This document shows, piece by piece, positions 31,164 to 40,966 of a DNA stretch of 64,000 bases. How positions within the stretch are numbered: the stretch's first letter is position 1; each line of letters opens with the position of its first letter. The DNA lies in contig CALUHJ010000016.1 in the NCBI GenBank assembly GCA_944320415.1, positions 13,728 through 77,727 of the forward strand. Direction: 5' to 3'. The stretch is from an uncultured Bacteroidales bacterium. GTDB taxonomy: Bacteria; Bacteroidota; Bacteroidia; Bacteroidales; P3. The position numbers and the translations under genes are program-made. The notes under the pieces were generated by a model, which did no database searches, was not told the origin of the DNA, and saw nothing but the letters and a program-made list of their open reading frames with translations.

Positions 31164-31817
31164 TTATTTCAGATAGGCGCTCCGCACTTTCTTTATGTCA
31201 AGCGGTATGCCGGCCGATATTTCAAACGGAATGATGTTCAGTTTTGCGTCCATGTCGTTCTTTTGCGCGAAGGTGAATCTGTAAGTCATCGCAAGGATTA
31301 TGTCCTCACAAAGCAGCTTCAGCCTTACGGGAACGAATGCACAGCTCTGTCCGAGAGCCATGTCCTCAGGCAGGTTTGCCGATACGGGAGAGGATTCGGG
31401 TGAGAATACATGCATGGAATAGTCAGTGCCTATGCCGACCGACAAAGACAAGGATGTTACGGGATTGGTCTTGGAAAAGAAATAGTAGTAGCCGAAAGAA
31501 AGGGCTATCCTTGCGGAAGCGGAGAAACAGTCGTTCTTGTCCGTCTTTTTCAAAAAGCCGTATTCCACACCGGCATCCAAGTCGAACGACAGTCCCGTAG
31601 GTTTGTGCAGACAGGTATATCTGTCACCCAATCCGACAGACCAGTCCGGTAGCTGCATGCCTGCAATCTTGTCGTTGTTTCCCAAAAAGGACATGAATAA
31701 ATAGGGTTCGTTGATTTTCATGAACCTGTCTTGCCTGGATGAACCCTCTTGTGCGAATGCGGTAAGTGCAATTGCGGTAAGCACAAATAGAAATGCTATT
31801 TTTCTCATAAGTTTCAA
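31164..31817 (-). CDS. secreted hypothetical protein, possible outer-membrane beta-barrel
   Basis: 217 aa with signal peptide MKLMRKIAFLFVLTAIALTAFAQ and an alternating hydrophobic beta-strand pattern. Confidence 0.6.
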   Translation of the reverse strand: MKLMRKIAFLFVLTAIALTAFAQEGSSRQDRFMKINEPYLFMSFLGNNDKIAGMQLPDWSVGLGDRYTCLHKPTGLSFDLDAGVEYGFLKKTDKNDCFSASARIALSFGYYYFFSKTNPVTSLSLSVGIGTDYSMHVFSPESSPVSANLPEDMALGQSCAFVPVRLKLLCEDIILAMTYRFTFAQKNDMDAKLNIIPFEISAGIPLDIKKVRSAYLK

Positions 31818-31933
31818 TTGTTTTGTATGTTAATAAAATGCTTGTCGGATTACAAAATGAATCCAATGCTGTAAAGTTATGTTTTTTTTTGTTATTGAAC
31901 AATAAAATGGTAATTTTCTTTGAAGACTTTTTT

Positions 31934-32010
31934 TCCTGATTCTGCAAAAACGGATTCAGAAAACAAAAAAATCTTTTCAGAAAAGAAAAAAATGTCTTCT
32001 GAAAAGATTT
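31934..32010. repeat. A-rich ~22-nt satellite with a 14-bp perfect inverted repeat
   Basis: AAATCTTTTCAGAA (31969-31982) and TTCTGAAAAGATTT (31997-32010) are separated by 14 nt. The region shares exact 18-mer and 16-mer matches with 14035-14084. Confidence 0.8.
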
Positions 32011-32047
32011 TCCATGAATTTGATTCCGTAATCCTTATGTCGGAAAC

Positions 32048-32081
32048 AAAAAGAGGAAGGTCTGAAACCTTCCTCTTTTTT
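32048..32081 (-). terminator. tRNA-Gln terminator (bidirectional hairpin)
   Basis: Stem AGAGGAAGG (32052-32060) / CCTTCCTCT (32068-32076), with an A-run on one side and a T-run on the other. It lies 13 nt beyond the tRNA 3' end. Confidence 0.7.
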
Positions 32082-32093
32082 GCCATTTTCAAG

Positions 32094-32164
32094 TTATCCC
32101 GTCAAGATTCGAACTTGAAATGACTGAACCAAAATCAGTTGTGTTACCATTACACCACGGGACA
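32094..32164 (-). tRNA. tRNA-Gln (anticodon UUG)
   Basis: 71 nt, folded by hand. Acceptor TGTCCCG/CGGGATA, D stem GTGT/ACAC, anticodon stem ACTGA/TCAGT with loop TTTTGGT, T stem TCAAG/CTTGA with loop TTCGAAT. CCA is not encoded. Confidence 0.9.
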
Positions 32165-32201
32165 ATCACATACGGGAAGCCTGCCTCCCGTTTTGCGTGT
32201 G

Positions 32202-32209
32202 CAAAGATA
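32202..32209 (-). promoter_or_regulatory. -7 box TAtcTTTG (tRNA-Gln)
   Basis: Consensus match 38 nt upstream of the tRNA 5' end. Confidence 0.55.
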
Positions 32210-32366
32210 TGACGTTTTTTGTTTTTGACAAAATTCCGCATGTTTTTTCTTTTCTTTCCCGTGTGCAATCCTTGGCTTTATTCTTCTTTCTCCTTGTTGC
32301 TTCGACATTGTCCGCACAATAATATCGTTCATATTCAGTTTAAAAGGCATATACCTTTATTTATAT

Positions 32367-34040
32367 ATGGACAACGGACAGGACAACGGAGAGGTGTTGA
32401 GAGTTGAGAACCTTCATATCGCTTTTCGCAACGGCAGACAGTGGAGGGAGGTTGTCGAAGGGGTCTGTTTTTCGCTCAAAAGAGGCGAAACGCTCGGTCT
32501 TGTTGGCGAATCGGGTTCCGGCAAGAGTGTTACGGCCCTCGCTCTTATGGGTCTGCTCGACAGGAAAAACTCCCGCATAACCCGCGGCAGCATATTGTTC
32601 GAATCCGGCACCGATTTGGCACAATTGGACGAAAAGACATACAGAACGTTTCGGGGAAAGAGGATAGCAATGATTTTTCAGGAACCGATGACAGCCCTCA
32701 ATCCGGTTAAGAAATGTGGCAGACAGGTCGTGGAGATGATACGGCAGCATTTGGACGTGACTTATTCCGAGGCCAAAACGAGGACGCTTGCCTTGTTTGA
32801 GGAGGTTCTGCTGCCCGATGCGCTCAAGGCCTTCGATTCTTATCCGCACCAGCTCTCGGGAGGTCAGAAGCAAAGGGTAATGATAGCCATGGCCATGGCC
32901 TGCAATCCCGACGTGCTGATAGCGGACGAGCCTACCACGGCCTTGGATGTGAGCGTGCAGAAAGCAGTGCTGCAACTGATGCGTCATCTTCAGAGCAAAT
33001 ACAATACGGCCATTGTCTTCATATCTCACGATTTGGGGGTCATCCGTCAGATAGCCGACAGGGTAGCCGTTATTTACAGAGGCCGCATAGTGGAGCAGGG
33101 GGATGCGGAACGATTGTTTGCTTCACCCGTCCATCCTTACACCAAAGGTCTTTTGGCTTCGCGTCCTCCAATGGACTTCAGGCCGAGACGACTCAAGACG
33201 GTTGAGGATTTTCTTTCTGAGAACAAAAAGGATTATGGCATTATAACGCCTGAGGAAAGGAAAGCCGAACATGAACGCATGTATTCGCAGGAGCCTTTGC
33301 TCAGTGTGAGGAATCTGACAGTGGACTACGGCAGATTCAGGGCTTTGAACGGTATCAGCTTTGATGTTTACAGGGGCGAGACGCTCGGACTTGTCGGGGA
33401 GTCTGGTTGCGGAAAGACAACGGTTGGCAGGGCGTTGATGAGGCTGATTGAAAGTGCGGGCGGAGATGTGCTGTTTGAGGGAAGGAACATAGGCGGTTTG
33501 AGCAGCGGCGAACTGAAACGGCTAAGGAAGGAAATACAGATAGTGTTCCAGGACCCTTATTCGTCGCTTAACCCGAGGATAAGGGTAGGGGAGGCGATTG
33601 AGGAGCCGTTGAAGGTGCATGTGAAAGGCGCAGGCGATGAGCAGCGCAGGCAGATGGTGTACGACATAATGGAAAAGGTAGGTTTGAAAAGGGAATACTA
33701 TTCGCGCTATCCGCATGAGTTCTCCGGCGGTCAGAGGCAGAGGATAGGAATAGCGAGGGCTTTGGTGTTGAATCCAAAGCTGGTGATATGTGACGAATCC
33801 GTATCGGCCCTTGACGTGAGCGTGCAGGCGCAGGTGTTGAACCTGCTTGGCGACTTGAAGCGTGAATTCGGCTTTACCTATATATTCATATCCCATGATC
33901 TGGCTGTTGTAAAATACATGTCGGACAGAATGATAGTGATGCGCAAGGGAATTATAGAACAACAGGGAGAGGCCGATAGCGTCTATTGTTGTCCGCAGTC
34001 GGAATATACAAGGATGCTAATAGATTCCATTCCTGTGTAG
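32367..34040 (+). CDS. tandem-ATPase ABC transporter ATP-binding protein (DppD/DppF-fused, YejF-like)
   Basis: Two Walker A loops ([16 protein letters not shown]) and two signature motifs ([16 protein letters not shown]). Confidence 0.9.
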   Translation: MDNGQDNGEVLRVENLHIAFRNGRQWREVVEGVCFSLKRGETLGLVGESGSGKSVTALALMGLLDRKNSRITRGSILFESGTDLAQLDEKTYRTFRGKRIAMIFQEPMTALNPVKKCGRQVVEMIRQHLDVTYSEAKTRTLALFEEVLLPDALKAFDSYPHQLSGGQKQRVMIAMAMACNPDVLIADEPTTALDVSVQKAVLQLMRHLQSKYNTAIVFISHDLGVIRQIADRVAVIYRGRIVEQGDAERLFASPVHPYTKGLLASRPPMDFRPRRLKTVEDFLSENKKDYGIITPEERKAEHERMYSQEPLLSVRNLTVDYGRFRALNGISFDVYRGETLGLVGESGCGKTTVGRALMRLIESAGGDVLFEGRNIGGLSSGELKRLRKEIQIVFQDPYSSLNPRIRVGEAIEEPLKVHVKGAGDEQRRQMVYDIMEKVGLKREYYSRYPHEFSGGQRQRIGIARALVLNPKLVICDESVSALDVSVQAQVLNLLGDLKREFGFTYIFISHDLAVVKYMSDRMIVMRKGIIEQQGEADSVYCCPQSEYTRMLIDSIPV

Positions 34041-34149
34041 GGCGTTTAGTTTTGTATGGTGTTTCCTTAACTGAAAAAAAAATTATATATTTGCATTTTC
34101 TACGGGGTATGGCTATTCTGTGGAGTATGGTTGAACTAATACGATTTTT

Positions 34150-35382
34150 ATGGACTTTATAGAGGTTAATTCCGAAATAGGACATCTTGAAGGCGTCATA
34201 TTGCATACGCCCGGACAGGAAATAGAACAGATGGTTCCGGATAATATTCACGAGGCGTTGTACAGTGATTTGCTCAATGTGGAGGTGGCTTCAAGGGAAT
34301 ATGCGGATTTTGAGGGTGTTTTGTCAAAATGGACAAAGACATACAAGGTAAGGGATTTGTTGGTGAAGGTTTTGGAACAGAAGGAAGACAAGATGGAGTT
34401 GTTGGACAAGGTCTTGCAGGCAGAAGACAAGCTCTTCCTTTATGCCGAACTTACGGAGAAGACTCCAGAAGAACTGGCTGACATACTTATAGGGGGATAT
34501 CATTATGTGGAAGGGTGTCATCCGGAGCAGTTCAGAAGCAAACGATATGTTCTGAACCCTTTGTACAATCTGTTTTTCACAAGGGATGCATCTTCAACCG
34601 TATATGACAAGGTGCTGATTCATGCAATGAGTACCTCGGTCAGGGACAGGGAGAGTTATGTCATGGAGTCCATATTCAGGCATGTCTTCGGAGTGGAGAC
34701 CATAAACCCCAAGGCTGTTCCGGGAACGACAACGGAGGGAGGCGATGTGCTGATAGCGAGAGAGGATGTGCTGTTTGTCGGCAACGGATGCAGGACAAAC
34801 AAGGCCGGAATAGACTTTCTGGTAAAGTATTTCGCGACAAGAAAGGAAAGACAGCACATAATCATACAGCAATTGCCCGACAAACCGGACTCTTTCATCC
34901 ATCTGGACATGGTGTTCACCATGTTGGCACAGGACAGGTGCATGATATACGAGCCTCTCATAAGAAACGTTTACGGCAATTTCGGGGTTACCCATGTGGA
35001 GATAGACAATGGTCAGATACGTTATCATAACAGGAATAACTTCCTTGAGGCCATAAAACATGTCGGCTTTGACATGCAGCCCGTTTTGTGCGGAGGCGAC
35101 GACCTTTGGCATCAGCAAAGGGAACAGTGGCATTCCGGTGCCAACTTTTTTGCATTTGGAGAGGGCAAGGTCCTGGGTTATGCCCGCAACAGGTACACTC
35201 TTGACGCTCTTGACAAGGCGGGCTTTGAGGTGTTGAAGGCCGCGGATGTATGCAGTGGCAAGGTGAAGATGCAGGATTATGACAGGTTTGTCGTTGCCTT
35301 TGATGCAGCGGAGCTGCCGCGCGGCGGTGGCGGGGCAAGATGCATGACAATGCCGATAAAACGTCGCAAGGTGGAATGGTAA
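34150..35382 (+). CDS. arginine deiminase family (amidinotransferase superfamily) protein
   Basis: 410 aa with the N-terminal SEIGHLEGVILHTPG and the C-terminal catalytic-Cys motif GGGGARCMTMP. Confidence 0.8.
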   Translation: MDFIEVNSEIGHLEGVILHTPGQEIEQMVPDNIHEALYSDLLNVEVASREYADFEGVLSKWTKTYKVRDLLVKVLEQKEDKMELLDKVLQAEDKLFLYAELTEKTPEELADILIGGYHYVEGCHPEQFRSKRYVLNPLYNLFFTRDASSTVYDKVLIHAMSTSVRDRESYVMESIFRHVFGVETINPKAVPGTTTEGGDVLIAREDVLFVGNGCRTNKAGIDFLVKYFATRKERQHIIIQQLPDKPDSFIHLDMVFTMLAQDRCMIYEPLIRNVYGNFGVTHVEIDNGQIRYHNRNNFLEAIKHVGFDMQPVLCGGDDLWHQQREQWHSGANFFAFGEGKVLGYARNRYTLDALDKAGFEVLKAADVCSGKVKMQDYDRFVVAFDAAELPRGGGGARCMTMPIKRRKVEW

Positions 35383-35414
35383 ACTCTTTTTGAAACTACA
35401 AAATTAATCATTAG

Positions 35415-38400
35415 ATGAAGAGATACAAGTTGATTGACACCGTGCTTGGTTGGGTTGTATTCCTCATAGCAAGCACTGTTTACATTATGACCGTTGAGCC
35501 TACGGCATCGTGGTGGGATTGCGGTGAATACATAGCGACGGCAGACAAGTTGCAGGTTGGACACCCTCCCGGAGCACCTACGTTTCAGTTGATTGGTACC
35601 CTGTTTTCCAATTTTGCGGGAGGAGACGTTACCAAGATAGCTTTGTCCATCAACATCATGAGTGCGTTGTGCAGCGGCTTCACCATACTGTTTTTGTTCT
35701 GGTCCATAACCATGCTGGCGAGGAAATTCGTAAGGCAACCCGAGAACATGACCACCGCACAGATGATAGCCGTATTTGCAAGCGGTGTGATAGGCAGTCT
35801 GGCCTATACTTTCTCGGACACCTTCTGGTATTCGGCTGTGGAAGGTGAGGTTTATGCGATGAGTTCCTGCTTTACGGCCATAGCCTTTTGGATAATACTC
35901 AAGTGGGAAGAGCAGGCCGAGGAGGCGAACAACCTCAGATGGATAATATTGATTGCATTCATCATAGGCGTTTCAATAGGCATTCACCTGTTGAACCTTT
36001 TGACCATACCTGCAATAGCGTATGTCTATTATTTCAAGAAATATCCCGATGTCAAAACGGGAAAAAAGAAGAAGTTCCTGCTTGTCGGTCTCATATCGAT
36101 GGCCATGGTTGCGGCCATACTCTATGTCATAGTGCCTTACATAGTCATATTGGCGGGCAAGTTCGAGATATTCTTCACCAACGAGGTCGGTCTGCCTTTC
36201 AGCAGCGGCACCATAATATATTTCGTTCTGCTTGCAGGTCTGATAGTGTGGGGACTGATGTACTCAATCCGCAGACAGAAAGTCATATTGAACACAGCCA
36301 TACTTTCCATACTATTTATAATAATAGGTTATACCACATTCTTCATATTGGTCATAAGGGCCAATGCCAATACTCCCATAAACGAGAACGAGCCCAAGGA
36401 TGCGACCGCATTGCTTACATATCTCAACAGGGAACAGTACGGTTACACGCCTTTGTTCTACGGACCGTATTTCAACGCTCAGATAACGGGGCAGAAGGAC
36501 GGTACTCCCAAGTACATAAAAGACGAGGAACAGGGCAAATACATAGAGGTAAGACAGGGAGGCGAAGTCTTGTACGAAGAGGACAAGCAGACCGTCTTTC
36601 CGCGTATGTATTCCAATGACAATTCCCGCAATCATCCTCTGTTCTACAAGATGTGGAGCGGAATGGAATCGGACGCTACGCCTACCTTTGGGGAAAACCT
36701 CAAGTACTTTTTCCGCTATCAGATAAACCACATGTACTGGCGTTATTTTATGTGGAACTTTGCGGGAAGGCAGAACGACATACAGAGCTTCGGACTGAAC
36801 TATGCGGGTTATGAGCCTTCGTTCGTTTCCAACGGAACGAAAGACCTTATACATGGCAACTGGATTACGGGAATAGATGCGATAGATGCCTGGCGTCTCG
36901 GCCCTCAGGACAACCTTCCGGAGGACCTTGCCAACAACAAGGGCAAGAACCGTCTGTATTGTCTTCCTCTTCTGTTGGGACTTGCGGGACTTGTATTCCA
37001 TATAAAGAGAAGACCTAAGGATGCTTTTGTTGTATTCCTTCTGTTCTTCATGACAGGACTTGCGATAGTTCTCTATCTGAACCAGCCGCCTAACCAGCCG
37101 CGTGAGAGGGATTACGCCTATGCGGGTTCATTCTACGCCTTTGCGATATGGATAGGAGTAGGGGTGTATGCCTTGTACGAATGGGCAAAGAAGATAAAGA
37201 AACTGCCGGAGACGGTCAATGCCGTGGCGGTAAGCGTTCTGTGTCTTTTTGCAGTGCCTGTGCTCATGGCTTCGCAGGAATGGGACGACCACGACAGAAG
37301 CGACAGATACATGGCAAGGGATTTTGCAAGAAACTATCTTGAAAGCTGTGAGCCCAACGCCATACTCATCACTTTCGGGGACAATGACACATTCCCTTTG
37401 TGGTATGCCCAGGAGGTGGAAGGCATAAGGACGGATGTGAGAGTGCTGAACTATACCCTTGCGGGAATGTACTGGCATGTGGAGCAGATGTACAACAAGA
37501 TGTACGAGTCGGAGAAGCTTCCGTTCACCCTTGACAAGAAGTATTACGGTTTGGGACGGGATGTGTCTTTGGTGATGCCTTCCGACGGACCTTCACGCAA
37601 TGTGGTGGATGTTCTCAAGGAACTTCAGACCAATCCGAACACAACAATATACGCCGAGGGCGGAGATTCCATAAAGACTCTTCTGACCAACCGTTTCTAT
37701 ATTCCTTTCGACAAGAAGAAAATGGCCGCAAAGGGCATATATCCTGCGGCATTGGTCGACAGTGTTGAGGGACGCGTGGAGTTTTCAATCAACATACCGG
37801 AGGAAAACCGTTACGAACAACTCATAAGAAACGAGTTGATGCTCTTGGATTTGTTGGGCACCAATGCGTTTGAAAGACCTTTGTACGTGATGAACCCACG
37901 CTATTTGCAGAAAGTGTTCCCAGACATAACCAGATACATAAGGCAGGAAGGTTTGCTTTACAGAATTGTCCCTTATGCTGCCGAAGGCCGGTTCGACATA
38001 GAGAAGAGCTACGACCTTATGATGAACAGGTTTACGTGGGGCAACATAAAGAAAGAGGGTGTTTATCTTGAGGAGGCCGTTACCATGTCCAATGCAAGGA
38101 ACATGAGACAGAACTATGTCCTTTTGGCAAACAACATGATTGACAAGGGTGATATGACAAGGGCGAACAAGGTGTTGGACAAGGCAATTGAGGAATTTCC
38201 AAACTCAAAGGTTCCGTTTGACCGTTACGACATATCCCTTGTGGAAGCGTATCTGAAAGCGGGTAACAAGACCAGGGCCGGTGAGGTGTTGAACCACATA
38301 ATAACCTATTACGAGTCGAGGGTGAATTATTTCTCGCGCTTCAAGGGCAAAAAGGCCATGAGTGTGGAAGGCGAGAAACAGGTGTCGATGTATATACTTG

Positions 38401-38789
38401 CCGAAATAGGGGGCTTGGCACAGAAAAACGGCATGCAAAAGGAATATGACAGGGTGAGGTCCGTTGCGGGCATAGACATATTGCTTGAAAGCTACAAGGC
38501 AAGAGATTTGTTCAGCACCTACATAGACCGTGTGAACGAAACGACGGCCATGGCCGCAACCGACAGGCAACAAGCCGAGGAAAGATTCATGCAGTTGCTT
38601 TCCGATTTGGAAAAGAACATCCTCAAGATAGGCGATGCCTTTTTGAACGAGAAGGCAGGCAGCATGATAGCTCATATTTATGGTGTTGCCTCAACCTATT
38701 CGCTTGACAAGGTGAAAAAACATATAGAGGGCAATCCCGCACTTGTCGAAGTGCTTAACGGCTACGCGCTTGCACAGCAGGACAATTAG
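35415..38789 (+). CDS. DUF2723-type (GT-C-like) large membrane protein with C-terminal helical repeats
   Basis: 1124 aa. The N-terminus has about 10 TM helices and contains EPTASWWDCGEYIA and GHPPGAPTFQ. The C-terminus is soluble and TPR-like. Confidence 0.8.
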   Translation: MKRYKLIDTVLGWVVFLIASTVYIMTVEPTASWWDCGEYIATADKLQVGHPPGAPTFQLIGTLFSNFAGGDVTKIALSINIMSALCSGFTILFLFWSITMLARKFVRQPENMTTAQMIAVFASGVIGSLAYTFSDTFWYSAVEGEVYAMSSCFTAIAFWIILKWEEQAEEANNLRWIILIAFIIGVSIGIHLLNLLTIPAIAYVYYFKKYPDVKTGKKKKFLLVGLISMAMVAAILYVIVPYIVILAGKFEIFFTNEVGLPFSSGTIIYFVLLAGLIVWGLMYSIRRQKVILNTAILSILFIIIGYTTFFILVIRANANTPINENEPKDATALLTYLNREQYGYTPLFYGPYFNAQITGQKDGTPKYIKDEEQGKYIEVRQGGEVLYEEDKQTVFPRMYSNDNSRNHPLFYKMWSGMESDATPTFGENLKYFFRYQINHMYWRYFMWNFAGRQNDIQSFGLNYAGYEPSFVSNGTKDLIHGNWITGIDAIDAWRLGPQDNLPEDLANNKGKNRLYCLPLLLGLAGLVFHIKRRPKDAFVVFLLFFMTGLAIVLYLNQPPNQPRERDYAYAGSFYAFAIWIGVGVYALYEWAKKIKKLPETVNAVAVSVLCLFAVPVLMASQEWDDHDRSDRYMARDFARNYLESCEPNAILITFGDNDTFPLWYAQEVEGIRTDVRVLNYTLAGMYWHVEQMYNKMYESEKLPFTLDKKYYGLGRDVSLVMPSDGPSRNVVDVLKELQTNPNTTIYAEGGDSIKTLLTNRFYIPFDKKKMAAKGIYPAALVDSVEGRVEFSINIPEENRYEQLIRNELMLLDLLGTNAFERPLYVMNPRYLQKVFPDITRYIRQEGLLYRIVPYAAEGRFDIEKSYDLMMNRFTWGNIKKEGVYLEEAVTMSNARNMRQNYVLLANNMIDKGDMTRANKVLDKAIEEFPNSKVPFDRYDISLVEAYLKAGNKTRAGEVLNHIITYYESRVNYFSRFKGKKAMSVEGEKQVSMYILAEIGGLAQKNGMQKEYDRVRSVAGIDILLESYKARDLFSTYIDRVNETTAMAATDRQQAEERFMQLLSDLEKNILKIGDAFLNEKAGSMIAHIYGVASTYSLDKVKKHIEGNPALVEVLNGYALAQQDN

Positions 38790-38811
38790 AGGCGGCTCTT
38801 GCCAATAAGAC

Positions 38812-38858
38812 AAAGCGGAATCGGGTTTTATGTTTGAATGGTCCGATTCCGCTTTTTT
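38812..38858 (+). terminator. terminator after the DUF2723 gene
   Basis: Stem AAGCGGAATCGG / CCGATTCCGCTT, followed by TTTTTT. Confidence 0.75.
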
Positions 38859-38999
38859 GTTGTTTCAATGAGTTTTTGTTTTTGACTTGTGGAATTGAAA
38901 CGTAGTTGTTTTCACACGGGATTCCGATAGACAGTTTTTTCACGATTCATGGGCCGCAAGGCAATGGACATGAAGACTTCTTGCAGTTCCACAATCCTT

Positions 39000-39171
39000 G
39001 GGAAAAAAGTAATAAGTCGTCAGGGGAATTTGAAAAGTCAAGAGATCAACATGCAAAAAGTCCGACTTTTTAGGGTGAAAAGTCTAACTTTTCAGGGTAA
39101 AAAGTCTAACTTTTTGAGGTGAATGATGACGTTTTACAACTTTCTGCTCTTGAATAAATACGATGACATGG
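39000..39171 (-). repeat. MITE-like intergenic element, copy A (3 hairpin units)
   Basis: Shares GGGAAAAAAGTAATAAGTCGTCAGGGGAATTTGAAAAGTCAAGAG...GAGGTGAATGATGACGTTTTACAACTTTCT with copy B. It contains three 22-23-nt units of AAAAGTCnnACTTTT + AGGGTR at 39055-39121. Confidence 0.8.
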
Positions 39172-39276
39172 CTTTTTTATTCCGTAAGAAGGCTCCCTTG
39201 TCCGTATTAAAAGTCTTTTTACAGTCCGGCAATCAGCTTTTGCTGAAAATTGATTACGGAAAATCGAAACGAATAG

Positions 39277-39747
39277 CTATTCTTTTGGATACAAAAAGTT
39301 AGGTTTATATTTTGGCATGTAGACAATAAAGCGCAACCCGTTGTGATAATCAAGATAACCTCCTTCAAATCGAACATAAGCATGTGCGGTATAACCACTG
39401 CAATCAGGGAAAACGGTAGAAAAGATTTTCGTTACAAACCTTTCTTTTTCAGATTCTGACAAAAGAGATTTTGAATCTTTCAAATGTACATTGGATACTA
39501 CTGCTACGTTTGCATTTGAATCTACCAGTTCAAGTTCAACTATTACATCAATACAACGGTTATCCAATTGTCTAAGATTGTAGAGTTGTTCATATCTCTC
39601 TTTGCCAATTGCTTCACCCAAAAGACTGTCAATCGTAATCTCTATAGATCGTAAACAATCATCATCATAATATTTTTTAGATTGAGCCATAATGTCATAC
39701 GAAAGACATTGAATAATTACTAAAATCAAAACTAAACAGGTTTTCAT
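39277..39747 (-). CDS. cassette 1 cargo: small secreted hypothetical protein
   Basis: 156 aa with signal peptide MKTCLVLILVIIQCLSYDIMAQ. The gene is very AT-rich. It is flanked by conserved promoter and 3' repeat blocks. Confidence 0.65.
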   Translation of the reverse strand: MKTCLVLILVIIQCLSYDIMAQSKKYYDDDCLRSIEITIDSLLGEAIGKERYEQLYNLRQLDNRCIDVIVELELVDSNANVAVVSNVHLKDSKSLLSESEKERFVTKIFSTVFPDCSGYTAHAYVRFEGGYLDYHNGLRFIVYMPKYKPNFLYPKE

Positions 39748-39782
39748 ATCGACAATAAATAATTTGGTTGTTAATCATCAAA

Positions 39783-39833
39783 GTGGTTTCAGTGGCGAAA
39801 GTTACGGATTTTTCTTGAAATGACAATAATTTT
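39783..39833 (-). promoter_or_regulatory. conserved cassette promoter block, copy 1
   Basis: GTGGTTTCAGTGGCGAAAGTTAC..TTTCTTGAAATGACAATAA is shared with 40855-40906. On the gene strand it reads TTG-N19-TAACTTTC. Confidence 0.55.
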
Positions 39834-39977
39834 CATTTATTTTTTTTGAGTATTCCTGCGGCATGAGCCGTTGCCTCCGTTGACAAACTGTTGAAAAACT
39901 TTACAAAGATTTTATTGATTCTCGTTCACCGGCATCACAGGGTTGTTTGCACAATACGCGCAAGGGCGAAAAGTCTC

Positions 39978-40127
39978 GGGAAAAAAGTAATAAGTCGTCA
40001 GGGGAATTTGAAAAGTCAAGAGGAAAAAATAATAAGTCAAGAGATCAACATGCAAAAAGTCGGACTTTTTGAGGTGAATGATGACGTTTTACAACTTTCT
40101 TCTCTTGAATAAATGCGATGACATGGG
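39978..40127 (-). repeat. MITE-like intergenic element, copy B (1 hairpin unit)
   Basis: Same ends as copy A. It has a single unit at 40054-40076 and an extra AAAAATAATAAGTCAAGAG duplication. Confidence 0.8.
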
Positions 40128-40259
40128 CTTTTCCCCTTCTTTCTGAAGAAGACTTATGTAAAATAAATAGTCCCTGCCCGTATCTGAAAGTCTTTTTAAC
40201 CGCCCGGCAATAAGCTTTTGCTGGAATTTGATTTCACGAAACAAGAGTTGGTCTTATGA

Positions 40260-40748
40260 TTACACAATCCAAATATTTCCAACTTTCTTTCTTCTTCGTA
40301 TGGAATCATAGACTATTGCAACCAACAGTATGATAAAACTATAAAGCCAAAGAAAATATCCAACAGCTTTTCCGTCAATATAATATGAATGAAAATTGTT
40401 TGGATCATCAATGTAATAAAATAGAGAAATCAAAAATATTGATATAATCATAAGATACAACAACCTTACCGGATTATGTTTAGGTCGTCTCAAACGAGTC
40501 AAACAATAGAAGTAAATAATGTTTACTAACGATATTAGCTCGAAACAAACAATGCCCCCTATACCAAAGAAAATATATAATGGTGCAAACAATATGCCGA
40601 AAAAAAATACATTAAAAGTATATATATTGAAATGGTATTGATAAAGCATATTGGAAGCATAAAACATTGGACAACATAGGGATACACAATAAACAATCAG
40701 GCTGAAACTTATCATTCGCTTCCACATCTTAATTTCAAACATAATCAT
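40260..40748 (-). CDS. cassette 2 cargo: small polytopic membrane protein
   Basis: 162 aa with 4-5 hydrophobic helices. A hand-counted 60-nt sample (40381-40440) has 11 G+C. The flanking blocks are the same as for cassette 1. Confidence 0.6.
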   Translation of the reverse strand: MIMFEIKMWKRMISFSLIVYCVSLCCPMFYASNMLYQYHFNIYTFNVFFFGILFAPLYIFFGIGGIVCFELISLVNIIYFYCLTRLRRPKHNPVRLLYLMIISIFLISLFYYIDDPNNFHSYYIDGKAVGYFLWLYSFIILLVAIVYDSIRRRKKVGNIWIV

Positions 40749-40854
40749 ATCAGTATTTGTTATACATCTATATATTAATTCTTGCTTCTCTTATATCCTT
40801 TGTCGTTTGTTGTTTATATTGCAAACATTGATTGTCTTCATGCCGTTAACTACT

Positions 40855-40906
40855 GTGGTTTCAGTGGCGAAAGTTACAATATTTTCTTGAAATGACAATA
40901 AATTTT
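40855..40906 (-). promoter_or_regulatory. conserved cassette promoter block, copy 2
   Basis: Near-identical to 39783-39833. Confidence 0.55.
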
Positions 40907-40966
40907 GTTTTAATCTTGTGTATATGGAAGATAAAAAAGAATATGAATGCGAAACGTCCGATATGT

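Noticed and set aside
31892-32123. Two overlapping 66-67-aa ORFs on opposite strands
   Set aside because: Both lie in the A-rich satellite and terminator region beside tRNA-Gln. Their translations are low-complexity and there is no supporting start context.
39055-39121. Possible CRISPR array (regularly spaced short palindromes)
   Set aside because: The units are directly adjacent with no spacers, there are only three of them, and no cas genes are present. It is a tandem repeat inside a MITE-like element.
39891-40112. 73-aa plus-strand ORF
   Set aside because: Most of it is a translation of repeat copy B. The same DNA recurs as non-coding sequence in copies A and C.
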